A stretch of DNA of 64,000 nucleotides from Candidatus Zhuqueibacterota bacterium (GTDB taxonomy: Bacteria > Zhuqueibacterota > Zhuqueibacteria > Thermofontimicrobiales > Thermofontimicrobiaceae), in the NCBI GenBank assembly GCA_049322915.1, contig JBMOPW010000034.1, forward strand, positions 424,567 to 488,566, given 5' to 3'. Shown here piece by piece: positions 1 to 9,454 of the stretch (positions within the stretch are counted from its first letter, which is position 1; the number at the start of each line of letters is the position of its first letter). Made by a program: the position numbers and the translations under genes. Under the pieces are notes generated by a model. That model made no database searches. It was not told where the DNA came from and saw only the letters and a list, made by a program, of their open reading frames with translations.

Positions 1-16
1 ATTTTTCAAATTTTAC

Positions 17-2401
17 GTCTCAATCCTCTATTAAGCAAGGCAATGATTCCAACAAAATAAAAATAGACTTGCGAGCACAATTAATCCAAAGTCTCAATCC
101 TCTATTAAGCAAGGCAATGATTCCAACCAGGATTAAGTTCGAGGATAGTAAGGCGATTATTCAATGTCTCAATCCTCTATTAAGCAAGGCAATGATTCCA
201 ACCAGTATATACATCACCGCCGTCGGGTTCGCTGTTGATAAGTCTCAATCCTCTATTAAGCAAGGCAATGATTCCAACTCGAGGCCGGAATTTATCCTCG
301 TTTCCCGGTTGATGTCGCGATGTCTCAATCCTCTATTAAGCAAGGCAATGATTCCAACATGCGTGCCAAGCTAGGTGTTTATGGAAAAAGAGCTTGGAGT
401 CTCAATCCTCTATTAAGCAAGGCAATGATTCCAACTACAACATCGGCGTAGAGATTTGTGATTGTGAGTGGGAGTCTCAATCCTCTATTAAGCAAGGCAA
501 TGATTCCAACTGATTCATGCCTCGGCTATAGTTCATAGAGGTAAGGCAATATTGTCTCAATCCTCTATTAAGCAAGGCAATGATTCCAACCAAGTATCGC
601 ACGAGAGGACTCGCTTCGCCAATATAGTCTCAATCCTCTATTAAGCAAGGCAATGATTCCAACGTCCCTCAGTATTTTTCTTTTATTAAAGAAGGTTTAA
701 CATACGTCTCAATCCTCTATTAAGCAAGGCAATGATTCCAACGCCAAAACGGCAAAGAAAGTCATCCGGCAGATATTAATGTCTCAATCCTCTATTAAGC
801 AAGGCAATGATTCCAACCAGATGTTATAGTTGTGACCTCCCATAACACTTGGAATGTCTCAATCCTCTATTAAGCAAGGCAATGATTCCAACCTGGCCGA
901 ACGAGACGGTGCATGTTTCAAACCCGGATTCTCTGGTCTCAATCCTCTATTAAGCAAGGCAATGATTCCAACGGCCGCATGGTTATTGCTGCTTGGAGGT
1001 GGCGCTTCTTCAAGGTCTCAATCCTCTATTAAGCAAGGCAATGATTCCAACGAAGCGTTTCTATTTGTTCGGAGCGCTTGCGTTTGTTTTTGTCTCAATC
1101 CTCTATTAAGCAAGGCAATGATTCCAACTCAGTACAACGACCGCCATTAAAAAGACAAATAATGGGAGTCTCAATCCTCTATTAAGCAAGGCAATGATTC
1201 CAACTGCTGACGCACAAAAATGGCAGCCGACCCAGCCGATTCCGTCTCAATCCTCTATTAAGCAAGGCAATGATTCCAACTACAGTTGATTTGAGTCGCA
1301 AGGCTCAAGTGCAAGAAGGTCTCAATCCTCTATTAAGCAAGGCAATGATTCCAACATGTTCCTGCTTCACTTGATATGCATGGTAAGCACATGTCTCAAT
1401 CCTCTATTAAGCAAGGCAATGATTCCAACGTTTTCTTGGGATGCTGCCCGTCGCGGTTATTGGTATAAAAGTCTCAATCCTCTATTAAGCAAGGCAATGA
1501 TTCCAACAGTGGTCTTGAGGAGTGGGAAAAATATCTTCCTAACGTCTCAATCCTCTATTAAGCAAGGCAATGATTCCAACTGTACAAGGCTCTGAAAGCC
1601 GGGTTTGTTGAGCGGTCTCAATCCTCTATTAAGCAAGGCAATGATTCCAACGCGTGCTAGACGCCAATAAATCCGTTGCTATAAATTGGTCTCAATCCTC
1701 TATTAAGCAAGGCAATGATTCCAACCAGTGTGGGCGTTCCTAAACGCCACCGACCCGTTACGTCTCAATCCTCTATTAAGCAAGGCAATGATTCCAACGT
1801 CACAGAAGCAACCAATGGAGAAATCTATTGGGTAGATGTAAAGTCTCAATCCTCTATTAAGCAAGGCAATGATTCCAACTCTTCTGTATCGAATGACACC
1901 ACCCCCAAAAAGTCTCAATCCTCTATTAAGCAAGGCAATGATTCCAACCTGTTCTTGATTTTGCAACCAGTATCACCACGATGTCTCAATCCTCTATTAA
2001 GCAAGGCAATGATTCCAACGTCCGCTATCTATGTCGTCCTTACCGGTTTTATCTTCTGTCTCAATCCTCTATTAAGCAAGGCAATGATTCCAACCAAACC
2101 AGTGGAGCCCGATCCCGTTTTATCTGTTTCTGTCTCAATCCTCTATTAAGCAAGGCAATGATTCCAACATCGGCGCTGACAGTTCCGTTGATGTCGCTGT
2201 TAAAATGAATGTCTCAATCCTCTATTAAGCAAGGCAATGATTCCAACGAGGGTCGAGACGGTCCCTGTATTTGAGACAGATATCACGTCTCAATCCTCTA
2301 TTAAGCAAGGCAATGATTCCAACCCGGAAAATTTTGGTTGGGGCAAAATAGTCCCAACCCTTTTGTCTCAATCCTCTATTAAGCAAGGCAATGATTCCAA
2401 C
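17..2401 (-). CRISPR. CRISPR array: 32 copies of a 37-bp repeat and 31 complete spacers of 32-44 bp; may continue beyond the left window edge
   Basis: Repeat GTCTCAATCCTCTATTAAGCAAGGCAATGATTCCAAC on + (starts at 17, 91, 166 ... 2287, 2365). Its reverse complement GTTGGAATCATTGCCTTGCTTAATAGAGGATTGAGAC ends in an ATTGAGAC 3' tag typical of Cas6-processed repeats. The AT-rich leader and cas genes lie to the right, so transcription is inferred on -. Confidence 0.99.
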
Positions 2402-2740
2402 CGTAGTCCTTTTTCACCTTTTATATACAATACGTTAAATTGCTCGATTACCTAACCGTTTTTTTTTGACATCCAATTATTATAAAGAGTGACATAATAT
2501 AGCCTCCATTTAATCCATTTTTTAGGAGCTAACTTCAATAAAACTTTAAGTGTCCGATTTTATTACCTAACCCCACCTGCAATAATTTATCACTTTAACA
2601 TATAATAATTTAATTAGATAACACATTTAAAACATGGCTTTATGCAAAACCAGTTCATCGGTTAGGTAATTTTGATGCTAACAAAAAAGAAATTCAATAA
2701 ATTACCTTATAAAAAAATAAGCTATTTTTACTCTATAAAA
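2402..2740 (-). promoter_or_regulatory. CRISPR leader
   Basis: AT-rich non-coding stretch between the cas2 stop and the first repeat; contains three copies of ATTACCTAACC(G). Confidence 0.85.
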
Positions 2741-3016
2741 TCAAATAACGATAACATCTTTTTCTTCCCACCCTTTTTTGATTCCATAACTTACAATTCC
2801 TTCTTCACAATTTTGACACAGTTTATAGATTCTTACACTATCTTCTTTCATGTCAATCAGTTTTAAAATCTTTTTAACCATTTCATTATATTGATCCTTA
2901 TCAAGATTACATTCGAACACACTGAACTGTACTCGAGTACCAAAATTACATAATTGTTTTGCCAGTTTTGTTCGCTGCTTGTCTTTGACTATATCATAAG
3001 AAACGATATATAACAT
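2741..3016 (-). CDS. cas2: CRISPR-associated endonuclease Cas2
   Basis: 91 aa; YIVSYDI...RVQFSVFEC...DSVRIY motifs; directly downstream of cas1. Confidence 0.97.
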   Translation of the reverse strand: MLYIVSYDIVKDKQRTKLAKQLCNFGTRVQFSVFECNLDKDQYNEMVKKILKLIDMKEDSVRIYKLCQNCEEGIVSYGIKKGWEEKDVIVI

Positions 3017-3018
3017 GG

Positions 3019-4017
3019 CTATTTATAAATCCTGATTGGTTCATAATTGCTTTGTGTCAAGATAGACTGAGAAAATTTATGCACCTGCTCTTTGAACAAC
3101 TGCCGAAATGACTTCTCCTCATCTTTATCTTGAAGGGTCACAGGTTCTTTAATTCTTTTTTCATAGTGAGTAAAAAATGTTTTCCTTGCTTCCTGAGTTA
3201 AATACACGCCTTCATTTTCCACGGGTTCAAAATCTTCTGACGTTAATATGTTGTTATTAAATATATTCAGAGTAAATCGATCCACAAAGGGATGGCGAAA
3301 TTCTTCGACAATATCAAGGGCAAGCGAAGGTCGGCCATAACTTAAACCATGAAGAAATCCAATATAAGGATCCAGTCCATGCGCAGTAATCATTGAAAAA
3401 ATTTCATTAGTAATCATGGTATAACCAAAGCTCAATAATGCATTCACAGGGTCTTTCGGAGGTCTGCGCGTTCGTTTTTCAAACCGTAATTCTTTTCGAA
3501 ACATTTTTCCGAACGCCCGAAAATATGCCGCAGTGCTGACTCCTTCAGCGCCCATAATACTGTTGACGTTATCCAGCTTATCCAAAGACAATAACGTCGT
3601 ATCAATGGTTTGCACTTCCTTTGAAAAATCAATTTCCGGATAATTTTGCTGATATCGTGAAATCAGCGCCCGACCATTTTTAATTTTTCCTTCGACAATG
3701 TTACGCGCTACTTTTGTTTGAAAGGCGCTGTCAAGGAAGCGCTCGTACTGGGCAACTCTGAGCAATACATTTTTGGACTCGGCCGGCTGAAGCTTACCGC
3801 GAAATTTACCCATGGAACTAAGATAGCACACTTCAATTCCTTCATCCAGCAATGTCCCAACAGCCTGGCTGGTAATTTGAATATTGCCAAACAGGAGGAG
3901 GCGGTCAACTTTAATGAGCGGTATCTGTAATAGTTTTTCTTTGTCTTTTGTCACGACAAGTTGTCTGGACGTAATTCGAACAGTACTGCCATTTTCAGTG
4001 ATGTAAATTGAACTCAT
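3019..4017 (-). CDS. cas1: CRISPR-associated integrase Cas1
   Basis: 332 aa; GAEG, RRPPKDPVNALLSFGY, GLDPYIGFLH and LALDIVEEFRH motifs. Confidence 0.98.
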   Translation of the reverse strand: MSSIYITENGSTVRITSRQLVVTKDKEKLLQIPLIKVDRLLLFGNIQITSQAVGTLLDEGIEVCYLSSMGKFRGKLQPAESKNVLLRVAQYERFLDSAFQTKVARNIVEGKIKNGRALISRYQQNYPEIDFSKEVQTIDTTLLSLDKLDNVNSIMGAEGVSTAAYFRAFGKMFRKELRFEKRTRRPPKDPVNALLSFGYTMITNEIFSMITAHGLDPYIGFLHGLSYGRPSLALDIVEEFRHPFVDRFTLNIFNNNILTSEDFEPVENEGVYLTQEARKTFFTHYEKRIKEPVTLQDKDEEKSFRQLFKEQVHKFSQSILTQSNYEPIRIYK

Positions 4018-4207
4018 TGTTCAACCCATTTGTTGAATAACTCTTATATTTTCAAATGATTTTAATACCAGATTTCGTCATTGCTTAACCCCTGATTGCG
4101 CGGTGTATCCATCCATCGCCGGCAGAGACTGGATCGTTTGTTCCCGAATAAATACGCCGTTCAGGACGAATATCCCGAACAATCTATTGGCAGTCTTTGT
4201 GTATGAT

Positions 4208-4216
4208 ATTATAACA
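4208..4216 (-). promoter_or_regulatory. Extended -10 promoter motif (TGTTATAAT) upstream of a structured segment and cas1
   Basis: Minus strand reads TG-T-TATAAT at 4216-4208; no good -35 element seen. Confidence 0.5.
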
Positions 4217-4270
4217 AAACAGTAACCAAGTTTCTTTCATACAGATAGCAATTTTCAATATTTTCAATAA

Positions 4271-7219
4271 CTAAATTTCAATAATCCATTTTATCGAATT
4301 ATCCTGGTTGATTCTCTTCAGCGTTCCCATCTTAAATTCCATTTTGTCACACTTTCGCTGATCGAACACCAGCTTCAATTTCGTTTCAAGTGTCTGTTTT
4401 TCTGTATCCAATGCCCGAAACTTTTGTTTCAGTCCAATGTAATCTTCCATAAGTTGTTCTAGCTCTATCTCCGGAATTATTTGAATTATTTCATCTTGAG
4501 GCGATGAAGAAATAGAATGATCAGCAGGTTGTTCTTTCTGTGTTGCTGATCCTGGTTTTTGTTTCGGTATTTCATGTGCAACAGGAATATCTTTCTTTGG
4601 GCTATCAGCGTTTGAGCTACTGCGATTTTTGGGTTTAAAATTTGAATCGGCATGAAGCAAAGGTGTGGGATAACATTTCGAATTTTCAGGGAATGGACAA
4701 TAGCAGCCAATGCTAGGAGTAATATGATTTTGCCATTCCCTTATTTTGGGACAACTTACAGGCGAACCTTTCAGGCGCAGATACCATTTTTGTGTAATTC
4801 TGTGATCATAGTTGAGCGTTTTGCTGATAATTTTGTGCAGCATATATCTTCCTTCTTCACCCAGATGTCCGAGTGTGTGAAGCAACGTTAAACGGTCAAT
4901 GTGCGCCAGATGACGTTCTTTTTCAACTTTATTCACTAAATATTTCAGAACATTACACTTTTCAATCATTCTTTCAGCTTTAGATGTATCTATATTTTTT
5001 GATGGGCCTTCAATTTCTCCTGCATTTAATCTTTCTATGGCTGCATGAAATTGTGATTGCGTTATTTGCTTAATAGAATTCAATACTTCGAACTGATTTT
5101 TCCAGGGCTGTCCACTCGGTTCCAGTAACAAACAACGCCTTTCTGTTAATTTATGAACACCAAGCGGCAATTTGACCATCGATCCCAGAGCTTTAGTTGA
5201 AACTCGCGCTTCTTTTGGAAATATTTCACGATTAATTCCAGAAGGCGGTTCTCCTGTTTCTTCTAATATTTTTTTCGCAAAGGCAATTCCATCTCTTGCA
5301 GGAACCGGATCTGAAAAGAAAAACCAAACGTGCCTTCCTTTAAACCCACTGTTTTCGATATAAACTGGAATATCTAATTTTTGACAAATCGAATATATAT
5401 TTACAGCATCTTGATGAGTTATTTCCTGCCATTTGTCCATGACGATTTCTTCATCAGTTGTTTCATTTCGTGCCTGGCGGGAAATATCAATGTCGATGAT
5501 GATATGTCTTACCGTATTATCTGTGCGCAGTATATACATACCCAGAGTTTCTTTACCCTGAAAATGTGATTTAACAACATCTTTAGAAAGCGGCTTATAG
5601 ACGGGATTGTACCCCAATCTCCCGGTATTATCCGTCCATTGTCGTGAGTATACGCCTTCTCGCGCGGAAAAAAGTTGTATGAATAATTGTATATCATTTT
5701 CCTCAAAATTGGCAATTGGTAGACTTTGAGGCGGGGCAGTAACTTTTTGTGGCTGAGTAACGTTTTTAATGCGCTTTAACTTAGGGTCTAATTGAAACGC
5801 TTTTTCGAAAGCTTTTTGTGCTGCCCCGTTTAATGAGAACTTTTTCAATGCAGTCGCCAATGCAAAATGGGCATGAGCCGAATCCGGTGAATTTTGAATG
5901 GCTTTTTGCAGAAAACGAATCGCTCGCTCGAATTGTCCCTGATTCAAGTAATGCTGGCCCAACCGATATGCCGCGTCAGGATGATCTGCCTGAAGCCGGT
6001 ACACACGATGGTATGAATCAATTGCCTCCTGCTGCTTGTCCGATAATTCACAGATAACTCCCCACTGATATTGAAGTTCAGCATCTTCTGTGTTTTGTAT
6101 GGGAGCATTTTCGACCAAATTTTGGGCTTTCGGAGTATCGCCGAAATGCAATGCAAGAGCTGTCGTTAAAAGGCGAGCAGGCAATGATTCCTGCTGCGAT
6201 TTCAATTTATTCAGGAATTCTTCAAAAATCTGTTTTTTATTGGTGGTATCTAATTGAAAATAATTAGACCAGCCGCGAATAATACTTTCAAGCTTATCTT
6301 TCAGTTGTACATCAGAAATAGTTTCAGCCTTTTCCAGCACTTTTTCTATTTTCTTTGTTACTTTTTCCACAGAAGAAGCACTGGGCCTTTTACCTGACAA
6401 GTCAAAATAATATCCCAAAAATACAAACCCATCTTTAGCATGTAATATCTTTGTTTTATCCTTGTGAAACTCGAGTTGTAAATCCTGTTTCAGACATTGG
6501 TTTGCACGCTGGAATGCCGTATTTGCCTCCTGTTCTGACTGGCATAGTACGACCAAATCATCTGCATATCGAATATAGTTCCATTTTGCTTTTATCATTT
6601 TCTCGTCAAGAACATGTAAATACAAGTTCGCCAGCATCGGTGAAATCGCCCCTCCCTGAGGGATTCCTTTTCCTTCTTGAGATTGTCCGGATTTTAATAT
6701 CAGTTCAATTATCCTTATAATTTTATTATCAGCGACATGACTTTCCAACATTTTTAAAACCAGATTGTGATCCACATTATCGAAAAAACCTTCGATATCA
6801 GCATCAACAATCCACTGCTTACCTTTTTTAATATTCCTCATTACACGCTCTGCCGCTTTTTGTGCAGATTTACCGGTTCGATAAGCATAGCTGCAATCTA
6901 AAAACACTTTTTCAAGAATTGGTTGAATTGGGAGTTGTAAGGCTACTTGTACAACCCTGTCTCGTACTGTCGGGATTTTCAGTTCCCTTAATTTACCTGA
7001 TTCCTTTTTGATCTGGAAGCTAAGAAGTGGAAGTGGCTGATACGTTCCTTGTTTCACTGTCTCTAAAAGTAAAGATAAATTTTCATCCAAATTTTGTTCA
7101 AAATCTGAAATCGTAACTCTGTCCAGCCCGGGTGCGCCAAGATTGGAACGAACTTTAGACCATGCTTGTTGGAAATTCTCCTTATTACAGATATTAAACC
7201 AGAGCGGCTGCTGAGACAT
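4271..7219 (-). CDS. CRISPR-associated reverse transcriptase-TPR-primase/polymerase (AEP/CAPP-like) fusion
   Basis: N-terminal group II intron-type RT (AWSKVRSNLGAPGLD, IPTVRDRVVQ, DADIEGFFD, GIPQGGAISP, YADD, X/thumb motif IRGWSNYF). TPRs at about aa 345-485. AEP motifs IIIDID, ENSGFKGRHVW and KLPLGVH. Cys/His-containing PriL/PriCT-like C-terminal region (KCNVL...SCPKIRE...GCYC). Confidence 0.9.
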   Translation of the reverse strand: MSQQPLWFNICNKENFQQAWSKVRSNLGAPGLDRVTISDFEQNLDENLSLLLETVKQGTYQPLPLLSFQIKKESGKLRELKIPTVRDRVVQVALQLPIQPILEKVFLDCSYAYRTGKSAQKAAERVMRNIKKGKQWIVDADIEGFFDNVDHNLVLKMLESHVADNKIIRIIELILKSGQSQEGKGIPQGGAISPMLANLYLHVLDEKMIKAKWNYIRYADDLVVLCQSEQEANTAFQRANQCLKQDLQLEFHKDKTKILHAKDGFVFLGYYFDLSGKRPSASSVEKVTKKIEKVLEKAETISDVQLKDKLESIIRGWSNYFQLDTTNKKQIFEEFLNKLKSQQESLPARLLTTALALHFGDTPKAQNLVENAPIQNTEDAELQYQWGVICELSDKQQEAIDSYHRVYRLQADHPDAAYRLGQHYLNQGQFERAIRFLQKAIQNSPDSAHAHFALATALKKFSLNGAAQKAFEKAFQLDPKLKRIKNVTQPQKVTAPPQSLPIANFEENDIQLFIQLFSAREGVYSRQWTDNTGRLGYNPVYKPLSKDVVKSHFQGKETLGMYILRTDNTVRHIIIDIDISRQARNETTDEEIVMDKWQEITHQDAVNIYSICQKLDIPVYIENSGFKGRHVWFFFSDPVPARDGIAFAKKILEETGEPPSGINREIFPKEARVSTKALGSMVKLPLGVHKLTERRCLLLEPSGQPWKNQFEVLNSIKQITQSQFHAAIERLNAGEIEGPSKNIDTSKAERMIEKCNVLKYLVNKVEKERHLAHIDRLTLLHTLGHLGEEGRYMLHKIISKTLNYDHRITQKWYLRLKGSPVSCPKIREWQNHITPSIGCYCPFPENSKCYPTPLLHADSNFKPKNRSSSNADSPKKDIPVAHEIPKQKPGSATQKEQPADHSISSSPQDEIIQIIPEIELEQLMEDYIGLKQKFRALDTEKQTLETKLKLVFDQRKCDKMEFKMGTLKRINQDNSIKWIIEI

Positions 7220-7280
7220 TTTGCACTCCGATATTTTTTAGGTTTTTATTTATTTTAATTGAGACGATAGACATGCTTCC

Positions 7281-8294
7281 TCAACTCCCAAATGATAATT
7301 TATATTTTCCTAAACCAAATGTAGTATTTTTTCCAACATGTACATACTGCCCTAAAATTAAAAATGGTAAAAATGGTTGTAAGTACCCCTGAAATGTAAT
7401 TCGCCCGGTAATCCCCCCTAGCTTCATTCTCGTTTTCTGACGGCTGGAATACCTCTCCCAATCATTCCATTCTGTATTTGCATCCACAACTTCGACGTTT
7501 TCTTTTGCTTGCAGAATAATTTCTGGATAATTTAAAGCCCATTCACTATCACAATGTATTTTTCCAAGCATAGAAACACGTCGTATTAAATTCCGCATCA
7601 ATAGTTCAAAAGTAACATTTTCAATTAATTGTTTTTTTAATATGATCCTCAACGGAGATATTATATCTATATGAATTTGCCCGGTATTTGCGTAGGTTAG
7701 ACATTCATGCAATTTATTTAAATCCCAGATTATGAAATTTCCGTTTAATACCTGATCCTTTTTATCAAATATTTGCCGAGATTGATAGGATGATATATCC
7801 TCGATTGCATTTACTGATATTAAGTCAAATTTGCCTCGGCCTTTTCCCAGCCCGATAAGGCCAAGCTGATCGAAAGTATATATAAAATAAGGAAGATATC
7901 TTATACTCTTTCCAATTAAAATCAATCCAAATGACAACTTTTCCCCGGCTTTATATTCTTTTTGCTCAGACAATGGCGGCTCGATAACAAATGGATGAGG
8001 ATAGTTATCTGCAAAATGTTGAATATCGTAACTTCTTAAATTTGGGGTTTCAAAAATGTAGGCATACGGGCAAGTCTGGTTCAAAATACATATTTGGCAC
8101 TGTTTTTCTAATGCATCACAGACAACGCGTCGAAATGTGTTCCCAAAACCACCTCGTAGAGTAGACCCTTTATATTCTGGCAGATAAAGGGTTTCTTTCG
8201 CTTTAATGTTAAATTCGAACATCGCCCAGGTAAATTTTTGATTCCAGAAATCTTCCTGCCAACTCAATTCAGTATTTGACTTCACTGCTTGCAT
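7281..8294 (-). CDS. cas6: CRISPR pre-crRNA processing endoribonuclease Cas6
   Basis: KGSTLRGGFG, Cys cluster CxxCx4CPY, PHPFVIEPP and C-terminal glycine loop HVGKNTTFGLG. Confidence 0.93.
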   Translation of the reverse strand: MQAVKSNTELSWQEDFWNQKFTWAMFEFNIKAKETLYLPEYKGSTLRGGFGNTFRRVVCDALEKQCQICILNQTCPYAYIFETPNLRSYDIQHFADNYPHPFVIEPPLSEQKEYKAGEKLSFGLILIGKSIRYLPYFIYTFDQLGLIGLGKGRGKFDLISVNAIEDISSYQSRQIFDKKDQVLNGNFIIWDLNKLHECLTYANTGQIHIDIISPLRIILKKQLIENVTFELLMRNLIRRVSMLGKIHCDSEWALNYPEIILQAKENVEVVDANTEWNDWERYSSRQKTRMKLGGITGRITFQGYLQPFLPFLILGQYVHVGKNTTFGLGKYKLSFGS

Positions 8295-8356
8295 TTTTCT
8301 AATCCCATTTCAACTCATTAATGTTTGGTAAATTTTGAATGATTACCGACAATTTA

Positions 8357-9412
8357 TTATAACTTTTCCTTTAACAGAGTTCTAAAATTTTCATTATCAA
8401 AGATTTTTATATTTAATTCCTGACATCGTTCGTACAGATGCTTTTCTTTCCTCATAGGAGCAGATGTCACAAAATAGGCTTTACCAAATGTACCTCCAGC
8501 TAATGAACGCAATGCTTCCAATTCAAAAATATCTTTCTTGTCTTTAGTAATACCAGATTTACATGAAAAGAGATATAGCTTTCCATTTTTATTGCCGATG
8601 ACGTCAATTTCGTTCAGAATAATATTTGGGTCTGCCTGTCCGTGGTATGTCAAATTCGCTCCGACAAATAAATCGTCCCATTTTTTATTAATAATACTCC
8701 AGTAAACATATTCTTCCAACCAACGGCCATCTAAATAATAAATATCTTTCAAATGAATCTCTGATCCTCCAAATTTAACAACCGCCCCTTTCATTTTATG
8801 ATGAGTTATTTCAAAGTCAATGTGACGACATCGAATCGGTGGAAAAAGCACGGTACCATCATATATAAATCTTCTATATTGGATTAAACAACCTTCAATA
8901 GATTGAAAATTTTTATGTATAAATTTAATTAAGGGTTTTCTCGCTAAGAGATCGTCGTTGGATACCGAACTGGAAATTTTATAGCCGTGTGCGTCAAGGA
9001 TCGTATCGATAGGAATTTTCACCTTATGATCAACAATTGTATAAGGATTGAAATTGATTGTCTTATTATTATGTGAATCAAGATATACAATAGATTTATT
9101 TTTTGAATTAAAGACAGAATATGCCGCTAGCGCCATTACTTTCGTTCCGCCGGTCGCGTTGAGTATAACATCCTTATGCATAGAAATGATTTCACTACAA
9201 ACCGTTCGAATATTTTCAAAATCATAAGCATCAATCAAATGCTCGTTTATGGTAAAATTTTTACCAGAATCGCTCAAAACTCTTTTTAAATTTTTATGGG
9301 ATCGTTCCTCCTCAACTGTGTAAAGCAATTCAACATTCTTAATACTTAGAGTGAAAAGTGGAATAAGGTTTGCCATGACCTGCCTGGAAACCAGACACAC
9401 CATTGTTTTCAT
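8357..9412 (-). CDS. CARF + PD-(D/E)XK nuclease effector (DUF1887, Card1/Can2-like)
   Basis: N-terminal CARF (LVSRQ..AN, NATGGTK) and C-terminal restriction-like motif GRWLEEYV...NEIDVI...FSCKSG. Confidence 0.85.
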   Translation of the reverse strand: MKTMVCLVSRQVMANLIPLFTLSIKNVELLYTVEEERSHKNLKRVLSDSGKNFTINEHLIDAYDFENIRTVCSEIISMHKDVILNATGGTKVMALAAYSVFNSKNKSIVYLDSHNNKTINFNPYTIVDHKVKIPIDTILDAHGYKISSSVSNDDLLARKPLIKFIHKNFQSIEGCLIQYRRFIYDGTVLFPPIRCRHIDFEITHHKMKGAVVKFGGSEIHLKDIYYLDGRWLEEYVYWSIINKKWDDLFVGANLTYHGQADPNIILNEIDVIGNKNGKLYLFSCKSGITKDKKDIFELEALRSLAGGTFGKAYFVTSAPMRKEKHLYERCQELNIKIFDNENFRTLLKEKL

Positions 9413-9454
9413 TTTTTCCCTCTACTCGTTGAAAATAGACACATTTCAGAATTA

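Noticed and set aside
54..2364. Self-targeting spacers within the window
   Set aside because: None was noticed by eye. This was not exhaustive and needs an alignment.
69..2455. ORFs with repeating LNPLLSKAMIPT / SQSSIKQGNDSN peptides
   Set aside because: These are translations of the CRISPR repeats, not genes.
4271..7219. The RT as a mobile group II intron
   Set aside because: It is fused in frame to TPR and primase domains. Only about 60 bp separate it from cas6, leaving no room for intron RNA domains I-III, and it sits in a cas operon.
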